Notes under the pieces: generated by a model | Databases searched by the model: none | Seen by the model: the letters and a program-made list of their open reading frames with translations, nothing else | Told to the model about the DNA's origin: nothing | Shown: piece by piece, positions 26,038 to 35,815 of the stretch | How the letters are laid out: every line of letters starts with the position of its first letter | How positions within the stretch are numbered: position 1 is the stretch's first letter | Translations under genes and position numbers: made by a program | Assembly: GCA_041488455.1 (NCBI GenBank) | Contig: JBGPPG010000003.1 | Span: 2,445-66,444, forward strand | Length of the DNA: 64,000 bases | Source: Gemmatimonadota bacterium | Lineage (GTDB): Bacteria > Gemmatimonadota > Gemmatimonadetes > Gemmatimonadales > GWC2-71-9 | Reading direction: 5' to 3'

Positions 26038-27005
26038 CCGACATCGATCGAGCGCACGCTCTCGCCCTGCTCCGCCAGATGCTGCTCATCCGGCGGTTCG
26101 AGGAGAAGGCCGCCGAGCTCTACAGCGTGGGCAAGATCCGCGGCTTCCTGCACCTCTACATCGGCGAGGAGGCCGTGGCGGTGGGGACCATGCAGGCGCT
26201 CACCCCGGAGGACGGGATCGTGGCGACCTACCGCGAGCACGGTCAGGCCCTGGCCCGCGGGCTCCCGGCCGGCTCGCTCATGGCCGAGATGTACGGCAAG
26301 GCCAACGGCTGCAGCCGCGGGCGCGGCGGCTCCATGCACTTCTTCGACGTCTCGCGCCGCTTCTACGGCGGCCACGCCATCGTCGGAGGCGGCCTGCCCG
26401 TCGCGGTGGGGCTCGCGCTCGCCGACAAGCTGCGTGCCCGGGCGCGGGTGACCGCGTGCTTCTTTGGCGACGGAGCGGTGGCCGAGGGCGAGTTCCACGA
26501 GTCGCTCAATCTGGCCGCACTGTGGAAGCTCCCGGTCCTCTTTCTCTGCGAGAACAACCTCTACGCGATGGGCACCGCGCTGGCCCGCCATCAGTCTCAG
26601 CCCGACATCCGGCGGAAGGCCGACGCCTACGGCATGGCGTCGGACTCCGCCGACGGCATGGACGTCCTGGCGGTGGAGGAGGCCACGCGGCGGGCCGCCG
26701 ACCGCGTGCGGCGCGGCGAGGGCCCCCTCCTCCTGGAGCTGCGCACGTATCGCTTCCGCGCCCACTCCACCGCCGATCCGGAGCTGTACCGGACGAAGGA
26801 GGAGGTCGCGGAGTGGAAGCGGCGCGATCCCATCGGGCTGTTCACCGCGCGGCTGCAGGCGGCGGGCCTCCTGAGTGCCGCCGATCTGGCCTCCCTGGAA
26901 GCTTCGGTCGCCGCGGAGATCGCCGAGGCCGTGGGCCTCGCCGAGGCCGGCCCCTGGGAACCAGTGGAGGACCTGACCCGAGACGTCTACACGAGGACGC
27001 CATGA
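26034..27005 (+). CDS. 2-oxoacid (pyruvate/acetoin-type) dehydrogenase E1 component, alpha subunit (TPP-binding)
   Basis: [19 protein letters not shown] and the [38 protein letters not shown] motif. Confidence 0.9.
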   Translation: MTDIDRAHALALLRQMLLIRRFEEKAAELYSVGKIRGFLHLYIGEEAVAVGTMQALTPEDGIVATYREHGQALARGLPAGSLMAEMYGKANGCSRGRGGSMHFFDVSRRFYGGHAIVGGGLPVAVGLALADKLRARARVTACFFGDGAVAEGEFHESLNLAALWKLPVLFLCENNLYAMGTALARHQSQPDIRRKADAYGMASDSADGMDVLAVEEATRRAADRVRRGEGPLLLELRTYRFRAHSTADPELYRTKEEVAEWKRRDPIGLFTARLQAAGLLSAADLASLEASVAAEIAEAVGLAEAGPWEPVEDLTRDVYTRTP

Positions 27006-27985
27006 GCAAGATGAGCTACCGGGACGCGATCCGCTCCGCGCTGCGCGAGGCGCTCCGCGACGACCCGCGCGTGTTCCTGATGGGGGAAGACGTCGGCGGA
27101 TACGGTGGCGCCTTCAAGGTCAGTCACGGGCTGCTCGAGGAGTTCGGCCCCGAGCGGGTCCGGGACACGCCCCTGTCGGAGAACACGTTCCTCGGCGCCG
27201 GCATCGGCGCCGCGCTCGGCGGCATGCGCCCGATCGTGGAGATCATGACCGTCAACTTCAGCCTGCTGGCGCTGGACCAGATCGTGAACAACGCGGCCAC
27301 GCTCCGGCACATGTCGGGGGGCCAGCTCAGCGTGCCGCTCGTGGTGCGCATGACCACCGGGGGTGGCCGCCAGCTCGCGGCCCAGCACTCGCACAGCCTG
27401 GAGGGCTGGTTCGCGCACATCCCGGGGATCAAGATCGTGGTGCCCGCGGTGGCCGCCGACGCCCGCGGATTGTTCCTGGCCGCGCTCCGGGATCCGGATC
27501 CGGTGTTCATCTTCGAGCACGCGACCCTGTATCCGGTGGAGGGGGAGGTCGATGAGCAGGCCGGACCCGCCGAGATCGGCCGGGCCCTGGTGCGGCGCGC
27601 GGGAGACGCGGTGAGCGTCATCACGTACGGCGGCACCCTCGGCAAGGCGCTGCAGGCCGCCGACGAGCTCGCGGTGGACGGCATCCAGGCCGAGGTCATC
27701 GACCTGCGCTCGCTGCGGCCGCTGGACACCGAGACCATTCTCGCCTCGGTGGCCAGGACGCATCGCGCGGTGATCGTGGACGAGGGCTGGCGCACGTGCA
27801 GCTTCGCCGCCGAGGTGAGCGCCCGGATCATGGAGGGCGGCTTCTACAGCCTGGACGCGCCCGTCGCGCGCGTGTGCAGCGCCGAGGTGCCGATGCCGTA
27901 CGCCAAGCACATGGAGGACGCGGCGCTGCCGCAGGTGCCGGCCATCGTGGGCGCGGTCCGGGCGATGCTGGGCAGCCATGGCTGA
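27002..27985 (+). CDS. 2-oxoacid dehydrogenase E1 component, beta subunit
   Basis: [57 protein letters not shown]. The start overlaps the upstream stop as ATGA. Confidence 0.9.
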   Translation: MSKMSYRDAIRSALREALRDDPRVFLMGEDVGGYGGAFKVSHGLLEEFGPERVRDTPLSENTFLGAGIGAALGGMRPIVEIMTVNFSLLALDQIVNNAATLRHMSGGQLSVPLVVRMTTGGGRQLAAQHSHSLEGWFAHIPGIKIVVPAVAADARGLFLAALRDPDPVFIFEHATLYPVEGEVDEQAGPAEIGRALVRRAGDAVSVITYGGTLGKALQAADELAVDGIQAEVIDLRSLRPLDTETILASVARTHRAVIVDEGWRTCSFAAEVSARIMEGGFYSLDAPVARVCSAEVPMPYAKHMEDAALPQVPAIVGAVRAMLGSHG

Positions 27986-29144
27986 GTTCCTGATGCCGAT
28001 CCTGACCGCGGACATGAGCGCCGGCACGCTCGTCGAGTGGCGCAAGAAGCCCGGAGACGCGCTCGAGCGTGGCGACATCATCGCCCTCGTCGAGACCGAC
28101 AAGGGCCTGATCGACATCGAGGTCTTCACGCCCGGCGTGCTCGAGAAGATCGTCGTGCAGCCGGGCGCCACGGTGCCCACCGGCGCGGTGCTGGCCATCA
28201 TCCGTGACGAGGCGCCGACTGGAGCGCCTCCGGCGCCCGCCGCGGCGCCGCCGCTGGCCCCGTCTCCGGTCGCCCCGGCCCTGCCGCCTGTCGCGCCCGC
28301 CCCCCCCGGCCGGCTCAAGGTCTCGCCGCTGGCGCGGAAGCTCGCCGCCGAGCTCGGCGTCGATCCGGCCACGGTGCGGGGGACCGGGGTCGGTGGCGCG
28401 ATCAGGCGCGAGGATATCGAGCAGGCGGCGGCCCGGGCCGCGGCTCCCGCCCAGAAGCCCCGCGCGGCGCTCGACCGGCAGGCGCGGTTGCGGCAGGCGA
28501 TCGGGGCCGCCATGGCCCGCTCCAAGCGCGAGATCCCCCACTACTACCTCGCCACCACCATCGACATGCACCGGGCGATGACCTGGCTCGCGGAGGAGAA
28601 TCTCAAGCGGCCGGTGACCGACCGGGTCCTCTACGGAGCCCTGCTCATCAAGGCGGTGGCGCTCGCGCTCAAGGAGGTCCCGGAGCTGAACTCGGTGTGG
28701 CGGGGGAGCGAGCCGGTCCGGAGCGAGGCCGTTCACGTCGGGGTGGCCATCTCGCTGCGCGGAGGAGGACTCGTCGCGCCGGCGCTCCACGACACGGCCA
28801 CCCAGAGCCTCGGCGATCTCATGCGACGCTTCCGCGACCTGGTGCAGCGCGCGCGGACCGGCGGGCTCCGGAGCTCGGAGCTGTCCGATCCGACGATCAC
28901 CCTCACCAGCCTCGGCGAGCAGGGCGTGGAGAGCGTCTTCGGCGTCATCTTCCCGCCGCAGGTCGCCATCGTGGGCTTCGGCAAGATCGTCGAGCGGCCG
29001 TGGGTGATGCCGGGCGGGCAGCTCGTGGCCCGGCCCGTCGTCACCGCCACGCTCTCGGCCGACCATCGCGTGAGCGACGGCCACCGCGGCGGCCTCTTCC
29101 TGGCCGCGGTGGACCGGCTGCTGCAGGAGCCGCAGCGGCTATGA
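27978..29144 (+). CDS. dihydrolipoamide acyltransferase (E2): lipoyl domain, E3/E1-binding domain and catalytic domain
   Basis: The lipoyl-lysine motif is VETDKG, the subunit-binding domain is [14 protein letters not shown], and the catalytic motif is [11 protein letters not shown]. Confidence 0.9.
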   Translation: MAEFLMPILTADMSAGTLVEWRKKPGDALERGDIIALVETDKGLIDIEVFTPGVLEKIVVQPGATVPTGAVLAIIRDEAPTGAPPAPAAAPPLAPSPVAPALPPVAPAPPGRLKVSPLARKLAAELGVDPATVRGTGVGGAIRREDIEQAAARAAAPAQKPRAALDRQARLRQAIGAAMARSKREIPHYYLATTIDMHRAMTWLAEENLKRPVTDRVLYGALLIKAVALALKEVPELNSVWRGSEPVRSEAVHVGVAISLRGGGLVAPALHDTATQSLGDLMRRFRDLVQRARTGGLRSSELSDPTITLTSLGEQGVESVFGVIFPPQVAIVGFGKIVERPWVMPGGQLVARPVVTATLSADHRVSDGHRGGLFLAAVDRLLQEPQRL

Positions 29145-29389
29145 CCCGCGACGAGATCCGCGCCATCGTCCTGCGCACGCTCGGCGAGATCGCGCCCGAG
29201 GCGGATCTGTCCACGCTCGCGCCCGACGTGTCCTTCCGGGATCAGCTCGACGTGGATTCGATGGACCTGCTGAACTTCGTCATCGCCCTGCACGCCGTCC
29301 TCCACGTCGACATCCCGGAGGCGGACTATCCGAAGCTGGCCACCCTGGATGGCTGCTTGGACTACCTGACGGGAGTGGGTGTCCGATGA
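29141..29389 (+). CDS. stand-alone acyl carrier protein (phosphopantetheine-attachment DSMD motif)
   Basis: 82 aa, with [15 protein letters not shown] in the position of the ACP DSL/DSM Ser motif. ATGA overlaps occur on both sides. Confidence 0.75.
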   Translation: MTRDEIRAIVLRTLGEIAPEADLSTLAPDVSFRDQLDVDSMDLLNFVIALHAVLHVDIPEADYPKLATLDGCLDYLTGVGVR

Positions 29390-31215
29390 GCGAGCAGCAG
29401 GACGTCGGTACGCTCGCGCGGATGTTCTGGCGCCGGGTCGAGCAGAGCGGCGACCGGCCGGCCCAGATGGTGAAGCGGGGCGGCCGCTGGGAGACGCTCG
29501 ACTGGAGCCGGGTCGGCACGCAGGTGCGGGAGCTGACGTTCGGGCTCCTGGCGCTGGGCCTCCGGGCGGGTGAGTCGGTGGCCATCCTGTCCCGGAGTCG
29601 CGCCGAGTGGGTGCAGACCGACTTCGCGGTCTTCTCGGTCGGCGGCGTTAGCGTCCCCATCTATCCCAGCTACACGGCCGAGCAGGTCGCCTACATCGTC
29701 GACGACTCGGAGGCGCGAGTGCTGATCGTCGAGGATGGCGCTGAGCTCGCCAAGGCGCTGGAGATGCGAGCGCGGATGACCGGACTTGGCCGCATCGTCG
29801 TGATCGAGGGCCACGAGGGCCCGGACCCGACCATCCTCGGCTGGGACGCCCTGCGGCGACTCGGTCGCGACCATGCCGCCACGTTCGGCGCGGAGCTGGC
29901 CGCGCGGGTCACGGGTGCCGGCCCCAAACAGGTCGCGACCATCGTGTACACCTCGGGGACGACGGGACCGCCCAAGGGCGTCGTGCAGACCCACGAGAAC
30001 CACCTCGCCATGCTGGCGTCGGTGACGCAGGTGGCGCCCGCCCGGCCCGGCGACGTCCACGTGCTCTTCCTGCCGCTGGCCCATTCGTTCGGGCGCCTCG
30101 AGGCCTTCATGGGCGTCTACCTGGGTCTCACCACCGCGTTCGCCGAGTCGCTCGACAAGCTCGGCGACGATATCCGGGAGGTGCGTCCCCATTTCCTCGT
30201 GGCGGTGCCCCGCGTCTTCGAGAAGGTCCACGCCCGGATCGTCGCGGACGTCGAGCGGGGCTCACCGCTCCGGCGCGGTCTCTTCGCCTGGGCCATGCGG
30301 GTCGGCCACGAAGTCGCGGGGCGGCGGAGCGCGGGCCGGCCGGTGCCGGCCCTCCTCGCGCTCCACCACCGGCTGGCCCACCGGCTGGTCTTCGGCCGGT
30401 TGCAGGCGGCTCTCGGGGGCCGGCTCCGTTTCGCCGTGTCGGGTGGCGCGGCGTTGCCATCCGAGATCGCGGCGTTCTTTCACGCCGCCGGCATCCTCAT
30501 CCTCGAAGGATACGGGTTGACTGAGAGCTGCCCGGTGCTCACGTTCAATCGGCCGGATCGCTTCAGGTTCGGCTCGGTCGGCCACCCGGTGCCCGGGGTG
30601 GAGATCCGGCTGGCTCCCGACGCGGAGATCCTCGCCCGCGGGCCGAACATCGCCCAGTGCGGCTACTGGAAGCGGCCCGGGGAGTCCGCCGAGACCTTCG
30701 GCGCCGACGGCTGGCTCCATACCGGTGACATCGGCCGCGTCGATGAGGACGGCTTTGTCTTCATCACCGATCGGAAGAAGGACCTCATCGTCACGTCGGG
30801 CGGGATCAACATCGCTCCCCAGGCCATCGAGAGCCTCCTGCGCAGCGATCCGTTCGTCGGCCAGGCCCTGGTGTATGGCGATGGCCGGCCCTATCCGGTC
30901 GCTCTCGTGACGGTGAACGCCGAGGCGGCGGCCGAGCTCGCCCGGAGTCTCGGGATCCTGTGGACCGACCATGCGCGTCTATCGCGGCATCCCGAGATAC
31001 TCGCCCGGGTCGAGCGGATCATCGCAGAGAAGAACGCGCACCTGCAGTCGTACGCCCGGATCAAGCGCTTCGCGGTGCTGCCCGCCGAGCTCACCGAGGA
31101 GGCGGGGGAAGTCACGCCCACTCAGAAGCTGAAGCGGAAGCAGGTCGCCGAGAAGTACGCGGACGTGCTCGAGTCGCTCTACGATTCCGGGCGTCGACCG
31201 GCGCGGGGTTACTAG
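29386..31215 (+). CDS. long-chain fatty-acid-CoA/AMP ligase (FadD15/FACL-like adenylate-forming enzyme)
   Basis: 609 aa, with YTSGTTGPPKGV, LEGYGLTES and TGDIGRVDEDGFVFITDRKKDLI. Confidence 0.85.
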   Translation: MSEQQDVGTLARMFWRRVEQSGDRPAQMVKRGGRWETLDWSRVGTQVRELTFGLLALGLRAGESVAILSRSRAEWVQTDFAVFSVGGVSVPIYPSYTAEQVAYIVDDSEARVLIVEDGAELAKALEMRARMTGLGRIVVIEGHEGPDPTILGWDALRRLGRDHAATFGAELAARVTGAGPKQVATIVYTSGTTGPPKGVVQTHENHLAMLASVTQVAPARPGDVHVLFLPLAHSFGRLEAFMGVYLGLTTAFAESLDKLGDDIREVRPHFLVAVPRVFEKVHARIVADVERGSPLRRGLFAWAMRVGHEVAGRRSAGRPVPALLALHHRLAHRLVFGRLQAALGGRLRFAVSGGAALPSEIAAFFHAAGILILEGYGLTESCPVLTFNRPDRFRFGSVGHPVPGVEIRLAPDAEILARGPNIAQCGYWKRPGESAETFGADGWLHTGDIGRVDEDGFVFITDRKKDLIVTSGGINIAPQAIESLLRSDPFVGQALVYGDGRPYPVALVTVNAEAAAELARSLGILWTDHARLSRHPEILARVERIIAEKNAHLQSYARIKRFAVLPAELTEEAGEVTPTQKLKRKQVAEKYADVLESLYDSGRRPARGY

Positions 31216-31273
31216 TCGGACAAGGGGAATGCACGCGAGCAGAACGCCTCGGATCGCGGAGAGGCAGGAGGCG

Positions 31274-31726
31274 ATGGACATGGCAAGGATCCGGACGGTG
31301 ATGGTAGCATCCGATTTCTCCTCGGCCTCACGGGCTGCGTTCGTGAGCGCGGTGGAGCTGGCGAAGGCGAATCGGGCGAGACTCCTTGTGATGCACGCGT
31401 TGACGCTCGTTCCCCCGATGCTGGGAGGCGAGTACATGCCTCCGCAGGCCTGGGAGCGGATCGAGACCGCCACCCGCGCCGAGGCGCGGAAGCAGATCCA
31501 GGCGCTGGTGGCGAAGGCCAAGCGGGCCGGCATCCGCGCCACTGCTCTGCTCATGGTCGGAAGCCCGTACGAGGTCATCGTCCGGGCCGCCCGGTCGAAG
31601 CGGGTCGACGTGCTCGTGGTGGGGACGCACGGACGCACCGGGCTGCCGCGCTTCTTCCTGGGGAGTGTGGCGGCCCGCGTGCTGGCGACGGCGCACTGTC
31701 CGGTGCTCACGGTCCGGGGGCGGTAG
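31274..31726 (+). CDS. universal stress protein (UspA family)
   Basis: VMVASDFSSASRAAF...LLVMHA...VDVLVVGTHGRTGLPRFFLGSVAARVL. The start is estimated at ATG 31274. Confidence 0.8.
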   Translation: MDMARIRTVMVASDFSSASRAAFVSAVELAKANRARLLVMHALTLVPPMLGGEYMPPQAWERIETATRAEARKQIQALVAKAKRAGIRATALLMVGSPYEVIVRAARSKRVDVLVVGTHGRTGLPRFFLGSVAARVLATAHCPVLTVRGR

Positions 31727-31735
31727 AGCCCGTCG

Positions 31736-32389
31736 GTGCGCCTCGTGACGCTGGGGGTGGGCGCGCAGAATTCCCCTCGGCACCGCCCGGCCGGACTCCT
31801 CGTCGCCTCGGGCGGGGCCCGGGTCATGATCGATGGAGGGCCGGGGGCCGTCCCCCGGGGCCGACTCGACGCATGGCTGGTCACCGACGAGCGGGCCGAG
31901 CTCATCGGAGCGATCAGGAAGCTGGCGCGTGCGAAAGGCCTGCGCCCGTATGCGGGGACCTTTCGGCACGACGGCCTGTGTGTCGAACGCCGCGGCGTCG
32001 TGCATACCAATCACCCGACCTACGCGTACCGGATTCGGGCCGTGGGCAAGACCGTCGTCTGGGCTCCGGAGTTCTACCGCTTCCCGCGGTGGGCCCGTCG
32101 CGCGGACGTCGTGTTCGCGGAAGGGGCCGCCTGGGACCACCCGATCCGGTTCGTGGGCGGGGTCGGCGGACACATGGACGTGCTCGCCACCGCGAAGCAA
32201 GCCAGACGACTCGGAGTGAAGCGGCTGGTGTTCGCGCACCTCGGCCGGCCCACCCTCCGGGCGCTTTCACGGGGGAAGGAGCCCCCGTTCGGAGAGCTGG
32301 CGGATGACGGGCAGACGTTCCGGGTGGTGCGGCGGCACCGGCGCCCGCGACCCGCCAAGGCTCCCGGGGATGGAAGGAGGTCACGATGA
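31736..32389 (+). CDS. MBL-fold protein with degenerate metal-binding motif
   Basis: The overall pattern VMIDGGPG...LVTDERAE...VVHTNHP...FAHLG follows the metallo-beta-lactamase fold. The HxHxDH position, however, reads TDERAE. Confidence 0.5.
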   Translation: MRLVTLGVGAQNSPRHRPAGLLVASGGARVMIDGGPGAVPRGRLDAWLVTDERAELIGAIRKLARAKGLRPYAGTFRHDGLCVERRGVVHTNHPTYAYRIRAVGKTVVWAPEFYRFPRWARRADVVFAEGAAWDHPIRFVGGVGGHMDVLATAKQARRLGVKRLVFAHLGRPTLRALSRGKEPPFGELADDGQTFRVVRRHRRPRPAKAPGDGRRSR

Positions 32390-33831
32390 CGAAGGAGCAC
32401 GGGGTACGCGGGAGCCGTCGTCCGACGAAGGCGCGGGGGGCGTTCGTATCGGGCCCACTCCTGACCCGCGATGCGGCGCTCTTCACCGATCTGTACGAGC
32501 TCACGATGGCCGCCTCATATCTGCGCGAGGGAATGCGCGGTCCGGCGACCTTCAGCGTGTTCGTCCGACAGCTCCCGCGCGGGCGCTCCTTCCTCGTCGC
32601 AGCCGGCCTCGAGGACGTCCTGAACTTCCTGAGAGACTTCCGCTTCTCGGAAGACGCCCTCTCATACCTCGACTCGCTCGACCTCTTCGAGCCTCCCTTC
32701 CTGGAGCTCCTTCGCGGGCTGCGCTTCACCGGCCTGGTCCGGGCCGTGCCGGAAGGCACTGTGGTATTCGAGAACGAGCCGCTGCTGGAGATCACCGCGC
32801 CGATCATCGAGGCGCAGCTCGTCGAGACCGCCGTCCTCAACCTGGTCCATTTCCAGACGCTCCTCGCGAGCAAGGCGGTGCGGTGTGTCCTCGCGGCGCG
32901 CGGGCGCCCGGTCACGGAGTTCGGCCTGCGCCGCACGCATGGGGTCGACGCCGGGATGAAGGCGGCCCGCTGCGCGTTCATCGCGGGCCCTTCGAGGAGC
33001 AGCAACGTGATGGCCGGTCTCCACTACGGCATCCCGCCGGCCGGGACCATGGCGCACTCGTATGTCTCGGCATTTCCCCGCGAGATCGACGCCTTCCGGG
33101 CCTTCGCGCGCGCATTCCCCGCGCACACCGTCCTGCTCCTCGACACCTATGACGCGCTCGCCGCCGCGCGGAAGGCGGTCCTGGTTGCGAAGGAGATGGA
33201 GGCGAAGGGCCAGCGCCTGGCCGGCGTGCGGCTGGACAGCGGGGACCTCGTCGGCCTCAGCCAGCAAGTCCGCCGGATCCTCGACGAGGCGGTTCTCGCG
33301 TACGTGAAGATCGTCGTGAGCGGCGGCCTGGGCGAGGCGAGCATCGGCGGGTGTCTGGCCAGGGGTGCGCCGATCGACGCCTTCGGCGTGGGCACGCGCA
33401 TGGACGTCTCCGCCGACCTACCGTACCTCGACATGGCGTACAAGCTGGTGGAATACGATGGCCGGCCGGTGCTGAAGAGCAGTGCCGGCAAGGGGACGCG
33501 GGCCGCCCAGAAACAGGTGTACCGGCGACTTCGGAGTGGCGAAGGATTCGCGGGAGACGTGCTCGCGCTACGCGAGGAGCCGGCCCCGCCGGGCACGGTG
33601 GAGATCCTGCTGCGCTCGGTGATGGAGCGCGGCCGGCTCCTTGCCCCTCACCCGACGCTGATGATGGTCCGGGACTGGTGCGCGGCCCAGGTTGCCTCCC
33701 TGCCGGAGGATCTCCGGGATCTACGCGAGCTCGCGGCCTATCCGGTGAGCTACAGCGAGCGCCTCGTCTCGCTCCAGCGCGCGCTGGAGGTACAGGTCGA
33801 GGCGGCCCGTGATGATCCGCGGCGAGTGTAG
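32386..33831 (+). CDS. pncB: nicotinate phosphoribosyltransferase
   Basis: LFTDLYELTMAASYL, GTMAHSYV and RLDSGDL are motifs of NAPRTase. The start overlaps the upstream stop as ATGA. Confidence 0.85.
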   Translation: MTKEHGVRGSRRPTKARGAFVSGPLLTRDAALFTDLYELTMAASYLREGMRGPATFSVFVRQLPRGRSFLVAAGLEDVLNFLRDFRFSEDALSYLDSLDLFEPPFLELLRGLRFTGLVRAVPEGTVVFENEPLLEITAPIIEAQLVETAVLNLVHFQTLLASKAVRCVLAARGRPVTEFGLRRTHGVDAGMKAARCAFIAGPSRSSNVMAGLHYGIPPAGTMAHSYVSAFPREIDAFRAFARAFPAHTVLLLDTYDALAAARKAVLVAKEMEAKGQRLAGVRLDSGDLVGLSQQVRRILDEAVLAYVKIVVSGGLGEASIGGCLARGAPIDAFGVGTRMDVSADLPYLDMAYKLVEYDGRPVLKSSAGKGTRAAQKQVYRRLRSGEGFAGDVLALREEPAPPGTVEILLRSVMERGRLLAPHPTLMMVRDWCAAQVASLPEDLRDLRELAAYPVSYSERLVSLQRALEVQVEAARDDPRRV

Positions 33832-33948
33832 GGCGTGCCTCACGTGTGGCGCATGTGCCCCATTCCCGCACGAGCGAGCGCCGCCGGCTTGGCCCAGACA
33901 ATTCCCGCGGAGCGCGGAGTTGCTACGCATCACTGAGCCAAGGCGAGC

Positions 33949-33964
33949 TGGCACGGGCGATGCT
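33949..33964 (+). promoter_or_regulatory. sigma-54-like promoter (TGGCACG-N4-ATGCT)
   Basis: There is one mismatch to TGGCACG-N4-TTGCW. The site is 75 nt upstream of the truncated nucleotidyltransferase ATG, which has a GGAGGA RBS. Confidence 0.4.
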
Positions 33965-34039
33965 CTTACCGTGGCCGGGTACGGAGCTTCCCGACCGCCA
34001 ATCGCGCACGCGATGCCGACAGCGGCAGGAGGACGCGGG

Positions 34040-34227
34040 ATGAGCAGTCAGTTGTGGGCTGTCGTGCTCGGGGCGAGGGGATGAGGTGAGGTCCCTGGCC
34101 CAGCGAATCTGTGGCGACGACCGGCCGAAGCAGTACGTCCCGGTCCTCGGAGACCGCACCCTGCTCCGTCAGACCCTCGACCGCGTCGCGCTCGGGCTCA
34201 CGCCGATCGGCAACATCAAGGGCTAAG
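34040..34227 (+). pseudogene. frameshifted, 3'-truncated fragment of a sugar-phosphate nucleotidyltransferase (mannose-1-P guanylyltransferase-like)
   Basis: MSSQLWAVVLGARG stops at a TGA. A shifted frame continues VRSLAQRICGDDRPKQYVPVLGDRTLLRQTLDRVALGL and ends after ~60 aa. Full-length homologues are >300 aa. Confidence 0.55.
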
Positions 34228-34395
34228 AGCATGAACGAGGCGCCGGCCCCCCAGCCGGGAGTGCGCCGCCCCAGAGCGGCTCTCGGCGGATGACTCCAAC
34301 GTCCCGGTTTTCCTCACTGCGATGTCCGAGACCGGCTCGGGTGATCCTCGCAACTGCGGTCACGAAGTTGCTTCTTGTACAGAAAGGAGGGCGTG

Positions 34396-35808
<1,413 letters not shown>

Positions 35809-35815
35809 AGCGGCG

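Noticed and set aside
33846-34043. A 65-aa ORF in the junction region.
   Set aside because: It has Arg/Ser-rich shadow composition and no RBS. It also overlaps the sigma-54 box and the leader of the nucleotidyltransferase relic.
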